In this document: positions 29,071 through 39,448 of the stretch, piece after piece | How positions within the stretch are numbered: the stretch's first letter is position 1 | Layout of the letters: each line of letters begins with the position of its first letter | Assembly: GCA_036340075.1 (NCBI GenBank) | Contig: JAYYZJ010000005.1 | Span: 37,980 to 101,979, forward strand | Direction: 5' to 3' | DNA length: 64,000 bases | DNA from: Thermodesulfobacteriota bacterium | GTDB lineage: Bacteria > Desulfobacterota_D > UBA1144 | Notes under the pieces: generated by a model | Seen by the model: only the letters and a program-made list of their open reading frames with translations | Told to the model about the DNA's origin: nothing | Databases searched by the model: none | Position numbers and translations under genes: made by a program

Positions 29071-29565
29071 ATGAATATAATAAAGTTAACTAAAAACATT
29101 TTTAGAAATTTAAGTTTTACTCTCAAAAATATACCTAAAAAAAGTATAACGATTAATTATCCACTAGAGAAAAGAGATATGCCTGAGCGATTACGGCTAG
29201 GAACATTTGGACTAACTTCTAATAAAGAAACAGGAGAAGAAAATTGTATCGCATGTAAACTCTGCGAAAGAATATGTCCATCTCAAATAATCGAAATCGA
29301 AATTGAAAAAAGAGATGGAAGAGGATGGCCAAAGGTATTCAATCTAGACTTGCAAAGCTGTATACAGTGTGAACTATGTGTGCAAATTTGCCCTGTTGAT
29401 GCAATAATAATGATGAAAACACCTGAAAAGCCAGTGAAATTAAGATCAGATTTATACTTAACAAAAGAAAAAATGATGAAAAATGCATCTGAATTAGAAG
29501 AATCATGGGCTAAAGGAAGCATATTGCAAAATTCACATAAACCTTCTATGGGTGAACAAAAATGA
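29071..29565 (+). CDS. nuoI: NADH-quinone oxidoreductase subunit I
   Basis: Two CxxCxxCxxxCP 4Fe-4S motifs. The track start at 29053 is TTG and overlaps nuoH, so ATG at 29071 is preferred. Confidence 0.85.
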   Translation: MNIIKLTKNIFRNLSFTLKNIPKKSITINYPLEKRDMPERLRLGTFGLTSNKETGEENCIACKLCERICPSQIIEIEIEKRDGRGWPKVFNLDLQSCIQCELCVQICPVDAIIMMKTPEKPVKLRSDLYLTKEKMMKNASELEESWAKGSILQNSHKPSMGEQK

Positions 29566-30071
29566 TTAATACAATAGTTGTAATATTTTGCATTCTCTCT
29601 ATTCTTGCAGCTTTTGCAACATCGATGAGCTCGAAAATTATTAGGTCAGCATTCTTTTTCGGTGTCACATTATTTCTAATAGCCTTTATTTTTATATTGA
29701 TTGGCTCTGCACTTCTCGGAACTGTGCAAATACTTCTTTACACAGGTGGAACTTTAATTTTATTTCTTTTTGCTATCATATTGACTGGGAATTGGGATTA
29801 TAAAAATCTTGGAGAAACTTTCAACCGTCCAATCAGAGCTCTTTTTGTTTCTTTCATATTCTTTATTGGTGTTGCAACTTTAATCTCTGAATCAGAAATA
29901 TTTATTCAACTAGAAAAGAATTTTAATGAATCAAATACTTTCTCATCTAAAGAAATAAGTAAATCACTATTTAACGATTGGTTCCTGTTGTTAGAGATTG
30001 CATCAATTCTTTTATTAGGCACTATCGTTGGATGCCTTACATTATTAAAATTTAGGAAGGAAATCAAATAA
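29562..30071 (+). CDS. nuoJ: NADH-quinone oxidoreductase subunit J
   Basis: Position and hydrophobic profile. Confidence 0.8.
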   Translation: MINTIVVIFCILSILAAFATSMSSKIIRSAFFFGVTLFLIAFIFILIGSALLGTVQILLYTGGTLILFLFAIILTGNWDYKNLGETFNRPIRALFVSFIFFIGVATLISESEIFIQLEKNFNESNTFSSKEISKSLFNDWFLLLEIASILLLGTIVGCLTLLKFRKEIK

Positions 30072-30072
30072 T

Positions 30073-30372
30073 ATGTTTATGTTGCTTGTTTATACTTCAC
30101 TTGTAATAAGCTCTATAGGTATCTTTATGTTGCTAAGCAAGAAACATATTTTATCACTTCTTATTGGAATCGAATTATTTTTAAACGGAATTAATCTTTT
30201 ATTCATTACAATATCCAAAGCACATGCCAATGAGCTTGCTAATATATTTATTCTATTTGTTTTAGTAATTACAGCATGCGAAGTTGCGATAGGATTGGCA
30301 ATTTTTCTTATTAATCAGAGAACTAATAATACTATAGATATTGATGATCTTAATAGATTGAAGGACATTTAG
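30073..30372 (+). CDS. nuoK: NADH-quinone oxidoreductase subunit K
   Basis: 99-aa 3-TM protein with a conserved Glu in TM2. Confidence 0.85.
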   Translation: MFMLLVYTSLVISSIGIFMLLSKKHILSLLIGIELFLNGINLLFITISKAHANELANIFILFVLVITACEVAIGLAIFLINQRTNNTIDIDDLNRLKDI

Positions 30373-30374
30373 GG

Positions 30375-32237
30375 ATGAATTTTGTAAATTTAATTATTTT
30401 TTTATCAATTTTACCTATAGTTTCAGTATTTTCGAATAATTTGCTAAAAGGTCCAAAGCAATTAAATTGGATTCTTCCAGCTATGGTTTATTCGTCGATT
30501 TTAATATTGATGATTCCTATTTATTCTTTTAATGTCTTATCTGACATTAATGGAGTTTCTAGTTTTAATTTTATAGAAATAAAGAACTTCTGGTTCCTCC
30601 CAATTACGTTTCATCTTGGCATAAAAACTTATACTTTAATCTCATTAGTTGTTTTAGGTATATCTATTCTAATATTGATTTTTTCATCAAAATTTATTGA
30701 AAATGAATCTTATTCAAGATACAACAAGTATTTTTTGTTTCTTACAATTTTTATTACATCAATGTTTTTATTTGTTATATCTAATGACTTACTAGGAAGT
30801 TTTATTTTCTGGGAATTTCTTGGTTTAGCATCATATTTTCTTATAGGGTTTTGGAATAAAGATAATGAAGCTATAAAATCTTCAACAATTGCTTTCTGGA
30901 TAACTAGAGTTGGCGACTTGTTTTTCTTATCTGGAATAATAATTATTTCTTCCAAATTTGGAACTCTTAATTATATTCTATTTGAAACTACATCTTCTCT
31001 TTCAAATTCCACTTTTATATCCACAGGAATTGTATTTATTATTATTGCAGTTTTAACTAAATCTGCTCAATTCCCTTTTAATATATGGCTACCAAAAGCT
31101 ATGAAAGGTCCAACACCAGTATCTGCATTAATTCATTCCGCTACAATGGTCGTAGCAGGAGTAATTCTCTTGGGGAAAATAGACTCTTCATTTCTTACTG
31201 TTTCACCTTTGGTTGGGAATTCTCTTGAAATCTTATTTTATATAGGCCTAATATCAACCTTTGTTGGTTCTATTATGGCTTACAGTGAAACCGACATAAA
31301 GAAGATACTTGCTTATTCAACTATTTCTCATATTGGATTAATGTATGTTGCTGTTGGCTTAGGTCAGGGGACCTTTGCAGAATATCATTTATTTTCTCAT
31401 AGTTTCTTCAAGTCAATGCTATTTCTACTGGCTGGTGTTGTAATTGCAACACTAGGTCATTCGGATTTAGAACAATTAAAAGGAACCGTTAAAAAAACCT
31501 CTCTAATTGGAATAATCTTACTTATAGGGTGCCTATCTCTATCTTCAGTTTATTTATTCACTGGGTCAGAATCAAAAGAAGCTATTTTGTCAATTGTAAT
31601 AGAAGAAGGTAGATATATAGAGCTAGGAATCTTAATAATAAGCGTTTTCTTCACCGCATTATATTCATCAAGACTTTATTTTAATCTAACTGATATAAAA
31701 TTTAAAAATTCGACTAACTACAAACTGCAGAATATTAGTTGGCGCTATTATATACCTCTTTTATTCTTGGCTTTCTTCTCAGCCTTTGGTCCAATCACAA
31801 AAAGAATATTCTTTGATTCAACTGGGATCAGTTTAGATAGTTTTAATTTAAACCTTCTTTATGTAATACCAATACAATTAATCATAATAACAGCAATAAT
31901 TATCAACTATTTTTACGAAAAGAATATTCAAGATATGTCGTTGAATCTAAAGAAATTTGCAAAGAGAATATTTGATTCAGAACCAGTTTACATTGAAATA
32001 TATAATAAATGTTTTAAAGAACTTTCTATATATATCGCTTGGTTTGATAGAAATATAATCGATGGATTAATAAATGTAATACCAATCAAAATACTTAGTA
32101 CTTCAAAATTTTTAATGAGTATGCAAGATGGAATAGCAAGAAAATATGCAATAAGAGTTGTTCTTTTCTTTGTTCTACTCGCCTTGTTTGGTGCAGTATT
32201 TGTTAATATTTCAAATGCAGGAGTATTAGTATTATGA
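30375..32237 (+). CDS. nuoL: NADH-quinone oxidoreductase subunit L
   Basis: A 620-aa antiporter-like subunit with a long C-terminal extension. Confidence 0.9.
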   Translation: MNFVNLIIFLSILPIVSVFSNNLLKGPKQLNWILPAMVYSSILILMIPIYSFNVLSDINGVSSFNFIEIKNFWFLPITFHLGIKTYTLISLVVLGISILILIFSSKFIENESYSRYNKYFLFLTIFITSMFLFVISNDLLGSFIFWEFLGLASYFLIGFWNKDNEAIKSSTIAFWITRVGDLFFLSGIIIISSKFGTLNYILFETTSSLSNSTFISTGIVFIIIAVLTKSAQFPFNIWLPKAMKGPTPVSALIHSATMVVAGVILLGKIDSSFLTVSPLVGNSLEILFYIGLISTFVGSIMAYSETDIKKILAYSTISHIGLMYVAVGLGQGTFAEYHLFSHSFFKSMLFLLAGVVIATLGHSDLEQLKGTVKKTSLIGIILLIGCLSLSSVYLFTGSESKEAILSIVIEEGRYIELGILIISVFFTALYSSRLYFNLTDIKFKNSTNYKLQNISWRYYIPLLFLAFFSAFGPITKRIFFDSTGISLDSFNLNLLYVIPIQLIIITAIIINYFYEKNIQDMSLNLKKFAKRIFDSEPVYIEIYNKCFKELSIYIAWFDRNIIDGLINVIPIKILSTSKFLMSMQDGIARKYAIRVVLFFVLLALFGAVFVNISNAGVLVL

Positions 32238-33757
32238 CCTACTTATTGTCGATATTAATACTACCAATTCTTGGATCTATCATAGTAAATATTTATAGAT
32301 CTAAAATAACAATAGTAAGATATGTACCTATTCTATGTTCTGTAATTTCGCTGTTAATTATTTCTTTGTTTACATATCTACAATATTTTTCTAGTTCTCA
32401 AGTGTTTAACCCTCAAATAATGCTTTATCAACTTTTTCCGACTTTAGGAATTTCGATGAGCTTCATTACTAATAAAATATCAATTGCATTATTGTTTTTA
32501 GCTAACATAACAATAATAACTGCCCTTTACTCCACTTTAAAAACAGAAAAAAGATTAAATGAAATTAATACTCTTATATTGCTAATATCAGTTGGAATAT
32601 ATGGATTAATTTTGGCTGATGATCTATTTGTTTTTTTTCTTTTTTATGAGATAGCAGTAGTTCCAATGTTCTTAATGATTATGAACTGGGGATACAACTT
32701 AGATAGGGAAGTGTCCGGACCTTTTTCTAAAATATTAAACTACTTATCTGTTGGAACTAAAAATTATGGTGCTTATAAAATTACTCTTTATCTACTATTT
32801 GGCTCTCTCCTAATATTCTTTGGGGTTGCCATAATAGGAATTCAAGGGGGGACTTTTTCTATTAGTGCTCTAAGTTCTAGTAATGAAATTTCTTCAACTA
32901 AAAATATATTGGCTTTTTTCCTTTTACTTGTTGGCTTTGGCTCTCATTCAGCGCTTTGGCCATTTCATACTTGGGTCCCAGATGGACATGGAACAGCACC
33001 AACTGCGGGTTCGATAATATTTGCTGGGATATTAATGAAAATAGGAGTTATTGGTTTTATTAAAGTTATAATTCCTATTCTTGGATTAGAATTTGTTCAA
33101 TATAAAACTTTATTAATAATTTTGGCTTCTATTAATATTATTTATGGTGCATTTACAGCAATGATGCAAGATGACTTAAAATATTTAGCTGCTTATGCAT
33201 CTTTGTCACATATTGGGTACATTTTTCTTGCACTTGCTATGTATTCACATATAGGAATGATTGGTGCTATCACCCAAACAATTTCTCATGGATTAATTAT
33301 ATGTTTGCTTTTTTATTCAGTTGGACTCATACACAAGATTAAAAATACAAGGTCTATTAGCCAATTAAGCTCTATGCTTGATAATTCACCTAATTTAGCT
33401 TATGTATTTATCTTTGCTGCATTTGCAAGTATTGGTTTTCCACTAACAAGCGGCTTTATAGCTGAGTTTTTAATTATGTTGAGCGTATATTTGTCCGAAC
33501 AATATCTATTATTATTTGTCCCAATATTTGGAATACTTATAACCACTCTTTATATGTTTAGAACCGTAAAAAAGATATGTTTTAGATTTATATCTTCGGA
33601 TAATACAAATAAAGACTTAGATGTGGAAGACAAAACTATAGTTTATTTACTAATAATCTTAATATGTTTAATAGGAATCTTTCCTAGTTTTTTAACTGAG
33701 TTTATCAATATTGATTCGTATTACATATTAAATGAGGCGGGTTCATGGAAAAATTAA
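32234..33757 (+). CDS. nuoM: NADH-quinone oxidoreductase subunit M
   Basis: Antiporter-like subunit, 507 aa. Confidence 0.9.
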   Translation: MTYLLSILILPILGSIIVNIYRSKITIVRYVPILCSVISLLIISLFTYLQYFSSSQVFNPQIMLYQLFPTLGISMSFITNKISIALLFLANITIITALYSTLKTEKRLNEINTLILLISVGIYGLILADDLFVFFLFYEIAVVPMFLMIMNWGYNLDREVSGPFSKILNYLSVGTKNYGAYKITLYLLFGSLLIFFGVAIIGIQGGTFSISALSSSNEISSTKNILAFFLLLVGFGSHSALWPFHTWVPDGHGTAPTAGSIIFAGILMKIGVIGFIKVIIPILGLEFVQYKTLLIILASINIIYGAFTAMMQDDLKYLAAYASLSHIGYIFLALAMYSHIGMIGAITQTISHGLIICLLFYSVGLIHKIKNTRSISQLSSMLDNSPNLAYVFIFAAFASIGFPLTSGFIAEFLIMLSVYLSEQYLLLFVPIFGILITTLYMFRTVKKICFRFISSDNTNKDLDVEDKTIVYLLIILICLIGIFPSFLTEFINIDSYYILNEAGSWKN

Positions 33758-35139
33758 TTTTTTTACTCCCTGAAATAACTCTCATAATTCTCTCTATTGC
33801 TTTACTAGCTAATTCAATAATCGATTTAGGTCATAAGAGATTTCTTAACAAATCTATGCTATTTATAGGAACAAGTATTTCCATTATATTTTTAATTAAC
33901 CAAATTCCAGATGGACTTCATTTAAACGCTACTCTAGAAAACAACCAATATACAAAAATAATTAAAATAATTTTAGTATTAGCTTCAATGTTTTCCCTAT
34001 TAATTGTTTCGAATTCAAAAACTGATGAATTAAAAAAATACTTCAACGAGTATTGCTTCCTTATCATTCTTTCTTTGGTTGGAGCAATGCTAGTTGTATC
34101 ATCTAGAGAATTTTTTACACTAATTATTTCTTTTGAATTATTAAGCATACCTCTTTATTTAATTTCAGGAATGGGGACAAATTCAAAAAAATCCATAGAA
34201 GCAGCTACAAAATTTTTCTTCTTTGGATCTTTATCAACTGTATGTCTGATTTTTTCTGCAGTTCTATTTTATGCAATTGCAGGAACTACTAGTTTTGTGG
34301 ATATTGATTGGGGATCTAATGATTTTATTTTGGTAACTGCTTCAATCTTTCTTCTTATTGCAGTTAGCTTTAAATGTGCATTGTACCCTTTTCAATTTTG
34401 GGTATCTGATGTTTACGAATCTGCACCAATGAATATGCTTCCGTTTTTAAGTACCATCCCAAAGATATCTATTATAGGTTTTTTAATTTTTTTCTTTAAT
34501 GCTCTAACTAGTAATTCATTGAATCATCATATTTTAATAATTATCGCCATAATAAGTATTGGATCAATTCTTGTTGGCTCTTTATTGGCCATAAAACAAA
34601 ATAATTTATTAAGACTTCTTGCATATTCTGGCATACCTCACGCTGGAATGATGCTTATAGGAATAATGTCGACAAATAACATCTCAGGAGATATTTTAAT
34701 TTTATATTTTACATTTTATACGGTTGCCAATGTAGGATTGTATGTATGTATAAATTCGTTACCTAATTCTGAAGAATATTTAGATATAGACAATCTAAGT
34801 GGTTTGTACAAAAATAACACTTTTTTAGCAATCTGTATTTCTTGTTTTATGTTATCTCTAGCAGGGGCTCCTCTTTTTGCTGGATTTTGGGCAAAATTTA
34901 ATATAATTTTAATCAGTTATAAATCATTCGGATTAATTCTTCCTGCTTTTATATTGATTGGAACTTTAATATCTTTTTATTATTATCTAAAAGTAATAAA
35001 AATTATTTTCTCTGAAAGACAATTAGATCAAAAGGAAAATATTAACTTTTCATTTATCAACAAAGCAATAATAATTGTATGTGCAATTGTAACTATTATT
35101 TTAGGAGTTTATCCAAATATTTTGCAAAATATTATTTGA
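33745..35139 (+). CDS. nuoN: NADH-quinone oxidoreductase subunit N
   Basis: Antiporter-like subunit, 464 aa. Last gene of the operon. Confidence 0.9.
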   Translation: MEKLIFLLPEITLIILSIALLANSIIDLGHKRFLNKSMLFIGTSISIIFLINQIPDGLHLNATLENNQYTKIIKIILVLASMFSLLIVSNSKTDELKKYFNEYCFLIILSLVGAMLVVSSREFFTLIISFELLSIPLYLISGMGTNSKKSIEAATKFFFFGSLSTVCLIFSAVLFYAIAGTTSFVDIDWGSNDFILVTASIFLLIAVSFKCALYPFQFWVSDVYESAPMNMLPFLSTIPKISIIGFLIFFFNALTSNSLNHHILIIIAIISIGSILVGSLLAIKQNNLLRLLAYSGIPHAGMMLIGIMSTNNISGDILILYFTFYTVANVGLYVCINSLPNSEEYLDIDNLSGLYKNNTFLAICISCFMLSLAGAPLFAGFWAKFNIILISYKSFGLILPAFILIGTLISFYYYLKVIKIIFSERQLDQKENINFSFINKAIIIVCAIVTIILGVYPNILQNII

Positions 35140-35140
35140 A

Positions 35141-36421
35141 CTATCTCTTGGAAATATCTAAATAGTCCCTTTCTTCATATCCAGTATAAACTTGCCTAGG
35201 TCTTGCAATTTTTTGATCTTTATCTGATAGAAATTCTACCCATTGTGCAAGCCAACCAGGAGTTCTTCCTATTGTAAACAGAACTGTAAACATCTCAGTC
35301 GGAATACCCATGCTCTGATAAATTAAACCAGAGTAGAAATCAACATTTGGATAGAGATTTCTTTTAATAAAGTATTCTTCGCTTAATGCAATAGACTCAA
35401 GTTTAAGAGCAATATCCAAAAGAGGATTAGTTCCTGTGATTTCAAAAACATTGTCAGCTGCTTTCTTGATATATTTTGCTCTAGGATCGTATGCTTTGTA
35501 AACTCTATGTCCAAATCCCATTAATTTTACTTCTTTTTTCTGAACCTTTTCTAAGAAAGTGGGAATGTTCTCTACGGATTCAATTTGATTTAGCATCTCT
35601 AAAACAGCTTCGTTCGCACCACCATGCAAAGGACCATATAATGCTGAAGTTGCTGCTGAAACTGATGAATATGGATCAGGTTCTGAACTACCTACATTCC
35701 TCATTACACTAGCACTACAATTCTGTTCATGGTCAGCATGCAATATCAACAAAGTATCCATTGCGCTAACTAAATTTGGATGTAATTTTTTTTCATCACC
35801 CTCGAACATCATATTAAGAAAATTTTCTGCATAGGATAAAGAATTATCAGGAGGGACAATTTTAAGGCCTTGGGAGTGTCTATAGTAATATGCAGCCAAA
35901 ATAGGAACTTGTGCAATAAGACGACAGATATTTTTATAATTTTCTCTTTCGTCTGTTATATTTTTTGAATCTGGATAAAAAGTCGAAAGTGCTGCTATTA
36001 AACTAATCAATACTCCCATAGGATGAGAGTCCTTAGGAAAACTCTGAATAATTTCGAGAAGTTCATTTGGAATATTATTTTCACTTAGAACATCTTCTGT
36101 CCATTTTCGTAATTCCTTCTCATTAGGTAGCTCTCCATCAACAAGTAATTTTGCAACTTCTAATTGAGAAGAACTCTCAGCTAGTTGTTCAATTGGATAA
36201 CCTCTATACCGTAAAATACCATTATCGCCATCAATATAAGTGACACTACTCTTACAAGAAGCAGTATTCTCAAAAGATGGGTCGTAGCTCATCATCCCAA
36301 ATTCATCATCTGTGACTTTAATTTGTCTCAAATCTTTGGCTCTTATGGTGCTGTCAGTAATGTCAATCTCATAAGTCTTATCAGTTCTATTGTCAATTAG
36401 AGTTAGTGAATCTTTTCCCAA
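35141..36421 (-). CDS. gltA: citrate synthase
   Basis: GFGHRVYKAYDPRA and catalytic His/Asp motifs. Confidence 0.95.
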   Translation of the reverse strand: MGKDSLTLIDNRTDKTYEIDITDSTIRAKDLRQIKVTDDEFGMMSYDPSFENTASCKSSVTYIDGDNGILRYRGYPIEQLAESSSQLEVAKLLVDGELPNEKELRKWTEDVLSENNIPNELLEIIQSFPKDSHPMGVLISLIAALSTFYPDSKNITDERENYKNICRLIAQVPILAAYYYRHSQGLKIVPPDNSLSYAENFLNMMFEGDEKKLHPNLVSAMDTLLILHADHEQNCSASVMRNVGSSEPDPYSSVSAATSALYGPLHGGANEAVLEMLNQIESVENIPTFLEKVQKKEVKLMGFGHRVYKAYDPRAKYIKKAADNVFEITGTNPLLDIALKLESIALSEEYFIKRNLYPNVDFYSGLIYQSMGIPTEMFTVLFTIGRTPGWLAQWVEFLSDKDQKIARPRQVYTGYEERDYLDISKR

Positions 36422-36539
36422 AACAAATCTCCTTAAATCATTTAAATATATTTAGATATCTTGTAATTATTTATTGGGTTAACTTATTATAACAAAAATG
36501 TCTTAGAGAAGAAAGTAATTTCATAGCTGGAATTATTTG

Positions 36540-37796
36540 TTAAACAATATCCTCTATATCATTAAAAGTTAAAAGTTCTGGATTTAAAGAACTATACGAT
36601 ATTTCGATTTTATCCATAATTTTATAAGTTTTTTTACAAGATATTTTTTTAATAGAATGAAAGAAACCAATTTCATTAAAATAAATAACATATTGGCTTT
36701 TTGCATCTGAATAAATATAGCCAGATAGATTTTTAAGATTATTTGTTTCTATAAATTTAAGAGCCCAGAATTTATGAGTATTTCTAGATTTTCTTCTGTT
36801 TAGTTGGATTGAATCTTTAGTAGTTCTAATAATGCTATTTAATTCGTTTGCTGAGAACATTATCCTAGAGTATTTCAACCACGCATCTAGTTGTCTCATA
36901 AGAATTGAATCTGAATATCTTCTGATAGGAGATGTAAATTGAAGATAAGAATTAACACCTAAGCCAAAATGATATCCGTATTCTGTAGATACCTCAACAG
37001 GTGAAACATTTTTATAAAAAACAACTTTGGGAGTTGTTGGTAATTCGAGTATTTCCAAATAATCGGATTTTACTTGAGACCTGTAGATAGAAGGTATCGA
37101 ATTACCAATTGTATATTCAGATAATTTTTCGTTAGCAAGTATCATAAGTTCAGAAACTATCCTGAATGAAATAAATTGATCATTGCTTTTAATAAATAGT
37201 TTATTATCAACTTCGGATATAGATAATTGCTCATTAAATGATTTAAAATCAGCATTTAATATTCTTTTTTGTCTGATTCTATTAGTAAACTCATCAAGAA
37301 ATATGAATTCTTCGCTTAATTGAATATTTTTGTCAAATTCTTTATATGAATAATTTTTATCTATATTGATAGTGGAATTAAAAACTTCGGTGTCTTCAAT
37401 TTTATAATCTAAAATTGTGAATTTAATTGAAATTGTTTCTCGGAGTTCCCCTTCTTTTAAACTTATGTTCTCTACGATTTTTCTTTCGTATAAATCAAAA
37501 TTCCATATTGGCGTATAGATTGTATTGGTTCTGTTTTTGGCCTCTTTGTCATACTCTGAACCATAATCGATATAATTAGAAAAATTGGTTATATGCACAT
37601 ATAGTTCGAAGACTTGTTGATTTTTTTTAATTGTAATAGCATCGTCATGGTCATATGTTGACTCATCGTCAATTGTAAAGGCACTTAGAATACCACCTTC
37701 ATCCTCTTTTGCATCGTAAATCGGAATACTAGATTCATCATATGGAAAAACAAAGTTTATATTATTTTTTTTATAAAAAGAGTCAGAATTATACAT
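36540..37796 (-). CDS. minimal RNB-domain exoribonuclease (RNase II/R family catalytic domain only)
   Basis: RNB motifs are YDHDDAITI (motif I), LMILANE and YLQFTSPIRRYSDSILMRQL (motif III/IV). There are no cold-shock or S1 domains and the protein is 418 aa. Confidence 0.7.
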   Translation of the reverse strand: MYNSDSFYKKNNINFVFPYDESSIPIYDAKEDEGGILSAFTIDDESTYDHDDAITIKKNQQVFELYVHITNFSNYIDYGSEYDKEAKNRTNTIYTPIWNFDLYERKIVENISLKEGELRETISIKFTILDYKIEDTEVFNSTINIDKNYSYKEFDKNIQLSEEFIFLDEFTNRIRQKRILNADFKSFNEQLSISEVDNKLFIKSNDQFISFRIVSELMILANEKLSEYTIGNSIPSIYRSQVKSDYLEILELPTTPKVVFYKNVSPVEVSTEYGYHFGLGVNSYLQFTSPIRRYSDSILMRQLDAWLKYSRIMFSANELNSIIRTTKDSIQLNRRKSRNTHKFWALKFIETNNLKNLSGYIYSDAKSQYVIYFNEIGFFHSIKKISCKKTYKIMDKIEISYSSLNPELLTFNDIEDIV

Positions 37797-39406
37797 TAAG
37801 ATTTTTTAGATGATGCCTTAATAAAATCACGGAATAATGGATGTGAACGAAAAGGTTTAGATTTGAACTCTGGATGGAATTGACAAGCCACAAACCATTT
37901 ATGTTTTTTTATTTCAATCGTTTCTACCAAAGTCCCATCAGGAGACAAACCACTTAAAATTAAATTATTATTAATCAATGTAGAATGATATTCGGGATTA
38001 ACTTCATATCTGTGCCTATGTCTTTCTGAAATCTTAGTTTTTTTATAGGCTTGAAAGACTTTTGAAGCTTTCTTAATCTCACAGGGATATTGACCCAGTC
38101 TCATTGTTGCTCCTTTGGTTTGTAATTTTTTCTGATCCGGCATTAAATCTATAACATAATTTTTTGATTTCTTATTAGACTCTATAGTTCCAGCATCTTT
38201 TATATCGCAAACATTCCTTGCATACTCAACAACTGCCATTTGCAAACCCAGACATATTCCAAAAAAAGGAATATTGTTTTCTCTTGCATAATTAATAGCT
38301 GAAATTTTTCCTTCAAAACCTCTATCGCCAAAACCCCCTGGCACTAAAATACCATCGCAGGATGCTAAAAGTTTTTTTGGCGACTCTTTTTCTAAATCCT
38401 CAGAATCTATATATTTAATGTTTAATTTAACATTGTTCTCAATGGATGCATGACATAATGCTTCATGTAGGCTTTTGTATGCATCTTTATGTTCTACATA
38501 TTTTCCAACGACACCAATTGAAACTTCATTTTTTAATCTTTTAGTTTTAGCAACTACTCTTTCCCATTTAGAAAAGTCAGGTTCTTTTGTCCACATTTTG
38601 AGAGTCTCGAGTATGATATCGTCTAGACCTTCTTTGTGAAAAATTATTGGAACTTCGTAAATAATGTCGACATCTTTAGCCGTAATTACAGATTCAACAT
38701 TTAAATTGCAAAAAAGAGCAATCTTCTTTTTTATATCATTCGAAAGAAATCTATCAGTTCTACATAATAATATATCGGGTTGAATTCCTATTTGTAGCAT
38801 GTCTTTAACGCTATGCTGTGTTGGTTTAGTTTTAAGTTCCCCAGCTGCAGATAAAAAAGGAACATAGGTTAGATGAACAAAAATTGCATTCTCTCTACCT
38901 AACTGGGTTCTAATTTGTCTTATAGATTCTAAAAAAGGTAAACTTTCTATATCACCAACTGTTCCACCAACTTCCACAATACAAACATCCGGACTGTCTT
39001 CTTGTTCTATAGCATAGATTCTTTTTATTATTTCATCTGTGATATGAGGAATAACCTGAACAGTTTCTCCTAAATAATCTCCCTTTCTTTCACGAGAAAT
39101 TACTTCATTGTAAACTTTACCAGTAGTTACATTATTGTGTTTGCTGGCAATTATATTAGTAAATCTTTCATAATGGCCTAAATCTAAATCTGTTTCCGCT
39201 CCATCATCAGTAACATAAACCTCTCCGTGTTGATATGGATTCATTGTTCCTGGGTCAACATTTATGTAAGGGTCAAGTTTCTGAAGAGAAATTTTTATTC
39301 CTCGAGCCTCAAGCAAAGCTCCGATTGCTGCACTAGCGAGTCCCTTGCCAAGGGAGGACATAACGCCTCCAGTTACAAAGATATACTTAGTCAATCTCTT
39401 ACGCAT
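37796..39406 (-). CDS. pyrG: CTP synthase
   Basis: An N-terminal synthetase domain and a C-terminal glutamine amidotransferase (GICLG, HPEF). Confidence 0.95.
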   Translation of the reverse strand: MRKRLTKYIFVTGGVMSSLGKGLASAAIGALLEARGIKISLQKLDPYINVDPGTMNPYQHGEVYVTDDGAETDLDLGHYERFTNIIASKHNNVTTGKVYNEVISRERKGDYLGETVQVIPHITDEIIKRIYAIEQEDSPDVCIVEVGGTVGDIESLPFLESIRQIRTQLGRENAIFVHLTYVPFLSAAGELKTKPTQHSVKDMLQIGIQPDILLCRTDRFLSNDIKKKIALFCNLNVESVITAKDVDIIYEVPIIFHKEGLDDIILETLKMWTKEPDFSKWERVVAKTKRLKNEVSIGVVGKYVEHKDAYKSLHEALCHASIENNVKLNIKYIDSEDLEKESPKKLLASCDGILVPGGFGDRGFEGKISAINYARENNIPFFGICLGLQMAVVEYARNVCDIKDAGTIESNKKSKNYVIDLMPDQKKLQTKGATMRLGQYPCEIKKASKVFQAYKKTKISERHRHRYEVNPEYHSTLINNNLILSGLSPDGTLVETIEIKKHKWFVACQFHPEFKSKPFRSHPLFRDFIKASSKKS

Positions 39407-39448
39407 GGACCTAGTCTTATAATATTTAAATATTTTACTATTTACAAA

